A stretch of 64,000 nt of DNA, from positions 104,026 through 168,025 of the forward strand of contig JBFJXR010000001.1 of NCBI GenBank assembly GCA_041622995.1, written 5' to 3'. Source of the stretch: Nevskiales bacterium (lineage in GTDB: Bacteria > Pseudomonadota > Gammaproteobacteria > Nevskiales > CAJXLF01). The position numbers and the translations under genes are program-made. Shown in pieces: positions 57,396 to 64,000 of the stretch. The stretch's first letter is position 1, and every line of letters starts with the position of its first letter. Below the pieces are notes generated by a model that ran no database searches, was not told the DNA's origin, and was given only the letters and a program-made list of their open reading frames with translations.

Positions 57396-58640
57396 TCAGG
57401 CAGTAATATCTTCAGCGGCCCGTTGCTGCAAGGCACGCTTCACCGCTCGATCGGCTTCGCTCTCGACATGCTCACCTGATTTGGAGTCCGAGCGCTTACT
57501 GAGCCATTCAGAGCTCAACTTCCAAACAGCCTTCTCGGCTTTGCTGCCCAGAATTACACCCATATGCCCACCGGGTGAGATAACAAACTGCTTGTCCTTA
57601 CTCGAAACCAGCTCAACAATCTTGTGCGCAATCTCCGGCGGCACAAGGATGTCCGTTTCCCCGGCAAAGGCGAGGAAATCTGAAGTGATGGCTGTGAGAT
57701 CTGCAACCTCCCCTCCAATCTCGATCTGCCCTTCAGCCAGGTTGTTATCGACGGCCATCTTCACCACCATGTCCTGAATGACGCCGCCCGGATAGAGCAG
57801 CATATTGTTCAGATAATCCGAGGTGGTGGTGTAGCTCTCCACGAATTCTCTATCCCATAGTCGCGTCACCAAATCCCAGTAGGTAGTTACACTGCCGATG
57901 GGGTCGGTCATCTTGAAACTTAGCGTCGTCATCCAGCTTGGCGCTGAAAGCCAAGAAGGATTGAGGCTATGCAGCTTGAAGTTACTGAATTTGCGAATGA
58001 GCTTGGCGGGCGTATTGATCATGGCCGCTGAACGGGCCACGGCACCACCACCGCGTAAATCTATCGGGCTGGCGACCGTCACGATGTTTTTAATATCAGG
58101 ATCTTTGGCAATACCGGCATGCATCAGAATCAGCAGGCCACCCATGCACCAACCCATAAGAGAGACCTCCCGGCTACCCGAATGCAACCGTACCTCTTCA
58201 ATCGCCTTGCCCAGCATATCGTGAGCGTAATCCTTGAGATTAAGATGGGCATGACGTTTTTCCGGCTTGCCCCAATCCACCAGATAGGTGTGATATCCAC
58301 TGGCCGCCATATAGCGAGCAAGACTGCGTGTAGGCATCAGATCGAATGTCTCGGTGGTCACGCCCAATGGTGGCACCAGAATAAGCGGCACGCTCTTTCT
58401 CTTGGTGACCACTGGCATCTGCGTGCCATCGCTCAAATCAATTGAAGTCTCGTGCGGCAAAGGATAAAACCGCAATGCCATCGGGTCGCCGGTATAGATA
58501 GTCTCGTAAGGAGTCATGCCGGACTTGACCAGAATCTCCCTCAGGAAAAGCCAGTCGAAGGCATTGCTTGCCGCCGAGGCGGCTCGCTCGTTAAGCGCCA
58601 AAGCCTGATCAATTACATTACGTGCCAGTCCGGAAGCCAT
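57396..58640 (-). CDS. PhaC-like alpha/beta enzyme with Cys nucleophile (PHA synthase-like)
   Basis: 414 aa with a G-x-C-x-G-G box (MGWCMGGL), a PhaC-like PLILVPP...DWGKP region, and candidate triad Asp (GETDILVP) and His (PGGHMGV). Confidence 0.65.
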   Translation of the reverse strand: MASGLARNVIDQALALNERAASAASNAFDWLFLREILVKSGMTPYETIYTGDPMALRFYPLPHETSIDLSDGTQMPVVTKRKSVPLILVPPLGVTTETFDLMPTRSLARYMAASGYHTYLVDWGKPEKRHAHLNLKDYAHDMLGKAIEEVRLHSGSREVSLMGWCMGGLLILMHAGIAKDPDIKNIVTVASPIDLRGGGAVARSAAMINTPAKLIRKFSNFKLHSLNPSWLSAPSWMTTLSFKMTDPIGSVTTYWDLVTRLWDREFVESYTTTSDYLNNMLLYPGGVIQDMVVKMAVDNNLAEGQIEIGGEVADLTAITSDFLAFAGETDILVPPEIAHKIVELVSSKDKQFVISPGGHMGVILGSKAEKAVWKLSSEWLSKRSDSKSGEHVESEADRAVKRALQQRAAEDITA

Positions 58641-58704
58641 ATATTTGTCCTAGTAAAAAATTGAGAACCCCCCGCAAGATTTCGTATTTTACCCTTTCAT
58701 TGAC

Positions 58705-59160
58705 TCAGGCGTATTCAGCCTGAATACGTTCAATAAACCTGTCGATCAGTTTTGCGAAATACCCTCGAATGAAAGGCTTGGCGGGTGCCCGCAGCAGCAT
58801 CGGCACATCCACTTCAATCGTGCCGGCGATGTCGAGTTTTAATACCGCCTTGTTACCGTCCTGTACAGCACAGAAATGCCCGCCAATCTCGGCATTGCCC
58901 TGTGTTGTGACAGGGAAAAGCGTCACCACACGGTTTGCAGCGTCGATTTCAAACCGCGTCACCACCTGCAGCTCATAAGTCATGCCCGCAACGTGAATTG
59001 GCTCGATATCCCATAGCCATTCTCCATCTCCCTGATCGGTAAAGGCCCTTAATTTGGGAAAATGCGACATGGTTGCAGGAAGATCACTCAACAACTCAAA
59101 TAATTCAGATGCCTCCCCTTCTATGTGGGCATTACGTACCAGATCTACCTTTGCTTTCAT
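58705..59160 (-). CDS. hypothetical protein, SRPBCC/START-like
   Basis: 151-aa ORF. Size and the alternating beta/helix pattern with a long C-terminal helix fit SRPBCC lipid-binding folds. The call is weak. Confidence 0.5.
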   Translation of the reverse strand: MKAKVDLVRNAHIEGEASELFELLSDLPATMSHFPKLRAFTDQGDGEWLWDIEPIHVAGMTYELQVVTRFEIDAANRVVTLFPVTTQGNAEIGGHFCAVQDGNKAVLKLDIAGTIEVDVPMLLRAPAKPFIRGYFAKLIDRFIERIQAEYA

Positions 59161-59246
59161 ACGCTCTCATTCCTGATTTCAGATGTGTCACTTTTATGTA
59201 AAAAGGCTAATTCACGGGCATTATTCCCTATCAGGCGAATAAAGAC

Positions 59247-59272
59247 TATAATAGAGGAAAGATTTCTTTCCT
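59247..59272 (+). promoter_or_regulatory. candidate -10 box plus palindromic operator upstream of the acyl-CoA dehydrogenase gene
   Basis: TATAAT at 59247-59252 is followed immediately by AGGAAAGA-TT-TCTTTCCT (59255-59272, 8-bp perfect arms). Confidence 0.35.
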
Positions 59273-59362
59273 GAATTCTACAATTGAAACCTCGACCCCG
59301 CATCCGCATAGGTCTACTCTGCATGTCTGCGGTCGTCTTCACATTATTAGGAGTGCTCTGGC

Positions 59363-61183
59363 ATGCCAACATATAAAGCCCCTTTGCGCGATATGCGCTT
59401 TTTGCTGAATGAAGTTTTTGACTACCCGACGCATTACAGCAAACTGTCCAACGGTAAGGACGCCGACCCGGATACCGTTAACGCCATTCTTGAAGAATGT
59501 GCCCGTTATGCCGAAGAAGTGATCGCACCACTGAATCTTTCGGGCGACGAGGAAGGCTGCAAGCTGGAAGATGGCAAGGTCACCACGCCAAAAGGCTTCA
59601 AAGAAGCCTACAACCAGTTCGTAGAAGCGGGCTGGCAGGGGCTATCTCATCCGGAAGAATACGGCGGCCAGGGTCTGCCCATGTCGCTTGGACTGCTGAA
59701 GACTGAAATGCTGGGCAGTGCCAACTGGTCATTCAGTATGTATCCGGGCCTGTCGCTGGGTGCCATGAACACCATCCTGCAGCACGGCAGTGACGAAATT
59801 AAAAACACCTATATGCCTCCCCTGACCGAAGGTCGCTGGGGCGGCACCATGTGCCTCACCGAACCACAGTGCGGCACCGACCTTGGCCAGGTTAAGACCA
59901 AGGCCGAGCCACAAAAAGACGGCAGTTATAAGATAACCGGTACGAAAATATTTATTTCCTCTGGTGATCACGACCTTACCGAGAACATCGTGCATGTAGT
60001 GCTGGCACGCCTGCCTGGCGCGCCCGAAGGCACAAGAGGTATATCCCTGTTCGTGGTACCCAAGTTCCTGCCTGATGCACAGGGCGGCGTTGGCGAATTC
60101 AACAATGTGGTTTGCAGTTCACTTGAACACAAGATGGGCATCAAGGCCTCAGCTACTGCGGTACTGAATTTCGACAGTTCAACCGGTTACATGATCGCTG
60201 AAGAAAACAAGGGTCTTGAGGCCATGTTCACCTTCATGAACACAGCCCGGATCGGTACCGCGATTCAGGGTGTATGCCATGCTGAGCTGTCCTATCAAGG
60301 CGCTTTGGCATATGCCAAGGAGCGTCGCTCGATGCGTGCACTGTCTGGCAAGAAAGAGCCCGAAAAAGTTGCTGACGCACTGATTTATCATGCCGATGTC
60401 CGCCGCATGCTGATGACCCAGAAAGCGATTGCTGAAGGTGGTCGTGCGATGATCTACTTCGCCGCACAATATGCCGACCATATGGTCAATGGCATCATTG
60501 AGAATGATCAGGCCAAGTATGAAGAGTGGGACGACAAGCTCGGTTTCTATACGCCCATCCTCAAGGGCTTCCTGACAGAAATGGGACTCGAAGCCGCCAA
60601 CCAGGGTATGCAGGTATTTGGTGGTCATGGCTATATCGGTGAACACGGCATGGAACAGATTGCCCGTGATGCCCGTATCTCGACCCTATATGAAGGTACC
60701 ACCGGCATTCAGGGCCTGGACCTGCTGGGACGTAAAGTTCTGGTCATGACCCGTGGCAAGGCTGTACGTGAGTTCACCAGTACCATGGCCAAATTCGCCC
60801 TGGCACGACTAACGCATCCGAAAATGAATGGCTATGCACGCACCCTCACACGCTATGCTACCCAATGGAATGTGCTGACTACCCGTATCATGCTCAAGGC
60901 CAGAAAAGACCGTGATGTGGTTTCAAGCGCCAGCCATCACTTCCTGATGTATTCAGGCTACGTGACCATGGCCTACTTCTGGGCTCTGCAGGCTGAAGTA
61001 GCCTACGAGAAACTGGCCAAGGGTGATGGTGCAGAAACACCCGAGTTCTATAAGGCAAAAATTGCCATGGCACGTTTCTACTTTGATCACATGTTGCCAC
61101 GTGCTAAAGGACATGCCACATCAATGACCAAGCCAAGTGGCACTTTGACACGTCTGCCTGTAGACAGCTTCGCATTCGAATAA
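59363..61183 (+). CDS. long acyl-CoA dehydrogenase with C-terminal extension domain
   Basis: 606 aa with an ACAD core (e.g. CLTEPQCGTDLG, GGHGYIGE, IYEGTTGIQ) and an additional about 150-aa C-terminal domain. Confidence 0.9.
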   Translation: MPTYKAPLRDMRFLLNEVFDYPTHYSKLSNGKDADPDTVNAILEECARYAEEVIAPLNLSGDEEGCKLEDGKVTTPKGFKEAYNQFVEAGWQGLSHPEEYGGQGLPMSLGLLKTEMLGSANWSFSMYPGLSLGAMNTILQHGSDEIKNTYMPPLTEGRWGGTMCLTEPQCGTDLGQVKTKAEPQKDGSYKITGTKIFISSGDHDLTENIVHVVLARLPGAPEGTRGISLFVVPKFLPDAQGGVGEFNNVVCSSLEHKMGIKASATAVLNFDSSTGYMIAEENKGLEAMFTFMNTARIGTAIQGVCHAELSYQGALAYAKERRSMRALSGKKEPEKVADALIYHADVRRMLMTQKAIAEGGRAMIYFAAQYADHMVNGIIENDQAKYEEWDDKLGFYTPILKGFLTEMGLEAANQGMQVFGGHGYIGEHGMEQIARDARISTLYEGTTGIQGLDLLGRKVLVMTRGKAVREFTSTMAKFALARLTHPKMNGYARTLTRYATQWNVLTTRIMLKARKDRDVVSSASHHFLMYSGYVTMAYFWALQAEVAYEKLAKGDGAETPEFYKAKIAMARFYFDHMLPRAKGHATSMTKPSGTLTRLPVDSFAFE

Positions 61184-61202
61184 GCACGCTCACAACAAAC
61201 CA

Positions 61203-61237
61203 AGGCCTGCAATACCCTGTATTGCAGGCCTCTTTTA
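61203..61237 (+). terminator. intrinsic terminator after the acyl-CoA dehydrogenase gene
   Basis: AGGCCTGCAATA-CCCTG-TATTGCAGGCCT is a 12-bp perfect stem followed by CTTTTAC. Confidence 0.75.
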
Positions 61238-61400
61238 CATGGGAAATACCCTGTGCCTGGCGTTTTACGCCCACCCTTTCCTATAAGCCAATCACTACAA
61301 CAACTTACGCCAGCTGAGGACATCCAGATTGCCTGGGCTGTAATAGGATATTAATCGTAGTAACCACATAAAAACATGAGTACAGACCAAGGATGATCAC

Positions 61401-61592
61401 ATGAATGAGAGACTTAAGGACGTTGGTATATTCCTCATTGCCGTATCGCTCAGCCTAACTGGGTGTGCGACACCATTTGCCAAACAACTGGCAAACCAGA
61501 ACAGCTTTATGGGCAATTCCTCACTGGGAGTCAGCTCTCAGTTCATGGATGAAGACCAAATGGTTCTTTCTCTCACTATTCCGCTTAAATAA
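61401..61592 (+). CDS. mini-lipoprotein (63 aa), paralogue of the next gene
   Basis: An AAGGA Shine-Dalgarno sits 7 nt before the ATG. The lipobox is LTGC. It shares motifs with the 61704 ORF. Confidence 0.55.
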   Translation: MNERLKDVGIFLIAVSLSLTGCATPFAKQLANQNSFMGNSSLGVSSQFMDEDQMVLSLTIPLK

Positions 61593-61703
61593 ACAACATA
61601 AAGAAAATATTACTAACCGTTTGTATTTATATCGACTATTCTCAAGTTAGTCTGGGCGAATACTCGCAGGGGTGTGCTCGCCCTGATAGTGGAGGATAGG
61701 TGT

Positions 61704-61949
61704 ATGGATGCACGCAGGATAACGGGATTATTGCTGCTCACAATCACATTGCTATCAACAGGCTGTGCGGCACCTTATATTCACAGAAATGCTGTTCTCG
61801 GATTAAGCACAGCAGATATGATGGACTCACGCTTTGAACAGGAAGCCCTGATGTTTACTCTGAGTGTGCCAATGAAGCCCAAAATAAATAGCATTCACGA
61901 GCACTCAACGCTTACACCGGACGAACAGAGTAAGCCTGCAGACTATTAA
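61704..61949 (+). CDS. mini-lipoprotein (81 aa), paralogue of the previous gene
   Basis: The track ORF starts with GTG at 61674. The ATG at 61704 is preceded by GGAGGA (61691-61696). The lipobox is STGC. Confidence 0.55.
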   Translation: MDARRITGLLLLTITLLSTGCAAPYIHRNAVLGLSTADMMDSRFEQEALMFTLSVPMKPKINSIHEHSTLTPDEQSKPADY

Positions 61950-62076
61950 TCATTTTTAGGGTTCGCAGAGTTTAGTGAACACCAAACTCACTAAGCTTGC
62001 AATAAGGCAACATTCGACCAACCTTCCATAATCAAACGCTTGAATTCAGATTTGTCCGGGCAGGGCCGATTTTAAA

Positions 62077-62152
62077 TGGTGGCCGGGGACGGAATCGAAC
62101 CGCCGACACGAGGATTTTCAATCCTCTGCTCTACCAACTGAGCTACCCGGCC
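62077..62152 (-). tRNA. tRNA-Phe (anticodon GAA)
   Basis: The reverse complement reads GGCCGGGTAGCTCAGTTGGTAGAGCAGAGGATTGAAAATCCTCGTGTCGGCGGTTCGATTCCGTCCCCGGCCACCA. The 7-bp acceptor stem and cloverleaf can be drawn. The anticodon loop TTGAAAA gives GAA, and the CCA end is encoded. It is very similar to E. coli tRNA-Phe. Confidence 0.95.
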
Positions 62153-62190
62153 ATGCCGCAACGTTATCCGCTGGGATCAAGAGAGCGCGT

Positions 62191-62219
62191 ATTAAACAGG
62201 CACAGCCTTAAGGGGTCAA
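62191..62219 (-). promoter_or_regulatory. candidate sigma-70 promoter for tRNA-Phe
   Basis: On the minus strand: TTGACC (62219-62214), a 17-nt spacer, TTTAAT (62196-62191), then a GC-rich discriminator ACGCGC. It lies about 38 nt upstream of the mature 5' end. Confidence 0.4.
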
Positions 62220-62259
62220 GGCCTGCCCCGCATTATTACCTTAATTCGGTTAAGAAATA

Positions 62260-62535
62260 TCAGCTTTCATCTGGTGGAACATAGCTGGTTTTAGCCAGTT
62301 CGCCACCGCCGAAGAAATACTTATCCATTTCTTCAGCAAGGAAAGCACGGGCTTTCGGGTCTGCCAACTGCAATCGGTATTCATTGATCAGCCGAGTCTG
62401 ATGCTCCAGCCATTCCTGCCAGGCCTGCTTGGATACGCTATTAAAAATGCGCTCTCCCAGTTCACCTGGATACGGTGCGCGCGCAAGGCCTTCCGCCGGC
62501 TCGCCCAGTTTTATGCAATTCACCATACGTGTCAT
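62260..62535 (-). CDS. yggX: Fe(2+)-trafficking protein YggX
   Basis: 91 aa. [43 protein letters not shown] is the typical YggX sequence. It is downstream of mutY, as in E. coli. Confidence 0.9.
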   Translation of the reverse strand: MTRMVNCIKLGEPAEGLARAPYPGELGERIFNSVSKQAWQEWLEHQTRLINEYRLQLADPKARAFLAEEMDKYFFGGGELAKTSYVPPDES

Positions 62536-62576
62536 TGATTCGCTACCTGAATTAATTCACTGGATAACATAACTTC

Positions 62577-63632
62577 TTACCCAAATTCCTGCTGCAATAA
62601 TTTCGCTACCGGGGCAGGCATGCCCGGGGGTTGTCCACCTTCGCGAGTGGCGAGTTTATACCAAAGCTGATCAGCATCATCATTCACAGCAAAAAACCCT
62701 CCCGCCATTGCCCTGACTGGGTGGATATCCAATTCAAAATGGGTGAAGCCATGACGCAGGCCGGTAACTTCCTGCAGATCGATAATATCAACACCAAGTA
62801 TTTCCCGGCAGTATTGCTGTGGCGGCATATCCTGCGGCATTTCCGGCAACGACCAGAGCCCACCCCATATTCCCGACGACGGGCGCTTCACCAACAATAT
62901 TTCGTTTTCATTTCTCGACAAAATCAACATACGCACGCTTCGTAATGGGCGCTCACGTTTTGGCCTGGGAGATGGATACTCACTGACACTGTCTTGGGCA
63001 AATGCCTTGCAACCCGCCTGAAGTGGACACAGCGCGCATTGAGGACGCAAACGCTTACACACTGTCGCCCCCAAATCCATAATCGCCTGGGTGTAGTCCG
63101 CAATTTGCGCATCAGGAGTAAGTCTTTCTGCCAATGCCCACAACTTCTTTTCAACTGCAGGTGTGCCGGGCCAACCGGGCACCGCCTGATACCGACTCAG
63201 CACCCGCCTGACGTTGCCATCCAGTATGGCGTGCCGTTGCTCAAAAGCCTGCGCAAGAATTGCGCCCGCGGTAGAGCGTCCAATGCCTGGCAGTGCTAAT
63301 ACAGCATCATAATTTTCAGGAAATACGGCATCATGCTGCTCGCAGATGATCTTTGCGGCAGCATGCAAATTTCTTGCTCTTGTGTAATAGCCCAGACCTG
63401 CCCAGGCACCCATCACCTGATCTGCTTCGGCAGCAGCTAGGGATACGATATCCGGGAATTGCTGTATAAAATTTTCGAAGTAGGGAATGACAGTCGCAAC
63501 CTGTGTCTGCTGCAACATGATTTCAGACAACCAAACCCGATAGGCCGAGCGGGGTTGTTGCCATGGCAGTGTATGTCGCCCCGCCTTTTTGTGCCAAGCA
63601 AGCAATCGTTCTGAGAAATCAGAATCCGTCAC
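62577..63632 (-). CDS. mutY: A/G-specific adenine DNA glycosylase
   Basis: 351 aa with HhH-GPD motifs (LPGIGRSTAGAI), the 4Fe-4S Cys cluster C-x6-C-x2-C-x5-C (CKRLRPQCALCPLQAGC) and a NUDIX-like C-domain. Confidence 0.93.
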   Translation of the reverse strand: MTDSDFSERLLAWHKKAGRHTLPWQQPRSAYRVWLSEIMLQQTQVATVIPYFENFIQQFPDIVSLAAAEADQVMGAWAGLGYYTRARNLHAAAKIICEQHDAVFPENYDAVLALPGIGRSTAGAILAQAFEQRHAILDGNVRRVLSRYQAVPGWPGTPAVEKKLWALAERLTPDAQIADYTQAIMDLGATVCKRLRPQCALCPLQAGCKAFAQDSVSEYPSPRPKRERPLRSVRMLILSRNENEILLVKRPSSGIWGGLWSLPEMPQDMPPQQYCREILGVDIIDLQEVTGLRHGFTHFELDIHPVRAMAGGFFAVNDDADQLWYKLATREGGQPPGMPAPVAKLLQQEFG

Positions 63633-64000
63633 GAACCGCTCGCTCTATACCCTCTGAGGTCTGCAGTGCTTCCTGCCTTAAAACCTGCTTGATTGCCCAG
63701 TCCCCGATAACAGGCGGCACCCAGAATTTGGGATCAATCTCTGCGCGAAACAATAGGCAGGTTTCACCTGCGCAATCGCTGAAACGCCAATATGCATAGC
63801 CATAGGCGAGATCACTCACTTCCGGATGCACACTGGCATTCATCTCACCAAAACCAAAGGTGCGCATATCCTGTACTTGCTTGATTTCCTTGCATATTAG
63901 CAGAATACATAATTTCACTCGGGTGTGTAGCCTTGTGGTGCCAGGCATTAACTCAAGTACCGTGGCTTCCTGTACTGCCGGGTTAATCTTGTGGAGATTT
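63619..64000 (-). CDS. hypothetical protein, 3' part only (frame open to the right edge), possibly SRPBCC-like
   Basis: The track gives 63619..63948, but the same frame has no stop up to position 64000 (..NLHKINPAVQEATVLELMPGTT..). It overlaps the mutY start by 14 nt. Confidence 0.45.
   Translation of the reverse strand, partial: NLHKINPAVQEATVLELMPGTTRLHTRVKLCILLICKEIKQVQDMRTFGFGEMNASVHPEVSDLAYGYAYWRFSDCAGETCLLFRAEIDPKFWVPPVIGDWAIKQVLRQEALQTSEGIERAVRDGF

Noticed and set aside
61184-62152. tRNA-Phe as the attachment site of a genomic island containing the AT-rich mini-lipoprotein region.
   Set aside because: No integrase, excisionase or transposase is present anywhere in the window. I could not find a direct repeat of the tRNA 3' end by eye. 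An exact computational repeat search is still needed before this is fully excluded.

Overview
This 64-kb window looks like chromosome from a gammaproteobacterium. G+C is roughly 50-55% by eye, and the species cannot be determined from this window alone. I call about 70 protein genes and one tRNA. I saw no rRNA, CRISPR array, transposase, integrase or phage genes.

Layout:
- 1-32 kb is a conserved housekeeping block. The minus strand carries sspB-sspA, petABC (cytochrome bc1), hisC-hisD-hisG, murA, a BolA/IbaG-like gene and an ABC-2 exporter.
- Diverging from that on the plus strand are yrbG-kdsD-kdsC-lptC-lptA-lptB-rpoN-hpf-ptsN-hprK-rapZ-EIIA(Man)-HPr-EI.
- These are followed by mgtE, pmbA, mpl, rnd, adk, a PPi-type phosphofructokinase and ppa.
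- 32-61 kb is more variable. It holds an L,D-transpeptidase-like protein, a Ycf46-like AAA+ ATPase, a CDF metal exporter coupled to a TraR/DksA zinc-finger protein, several lipoproteins, a TauD-family dioxygenase and a NYN/LOTUS protein.
- The same stretch holds two lipid-metabolism groups. One is WS/DGAT flanked by two alpha/beta hydrolases plus an SDR. The other is a PlsC/YihG-like acyltransferase, an esterase, a PhaC-like Cys-nucleophile enzyme, an SRPBCC-like protein and a long acyl-CoA dehydrogenase.
- 61-64 kb holds two paralogous mini-lipoproteins, tRNA-Phe(GAA), yggX, mutY and a truncated gene.

The best candidate for an undescribed system is the tightly packed three-gene operon at 47.8-55.3 kb, which sits between the two lipid groups. 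It encodes a RetS-like 7TMR-DISM hybrid kinase (two REC domains, no Hpt) and a LadS-like 7TMR-DISM hybrid kinase (one REC plus Hpt). The third gene is a response regulator whose output is a class III nucleotide cyclase with non-canonical base-specifying residues.

All family calls come from reading motifs by eye. No database search was run.
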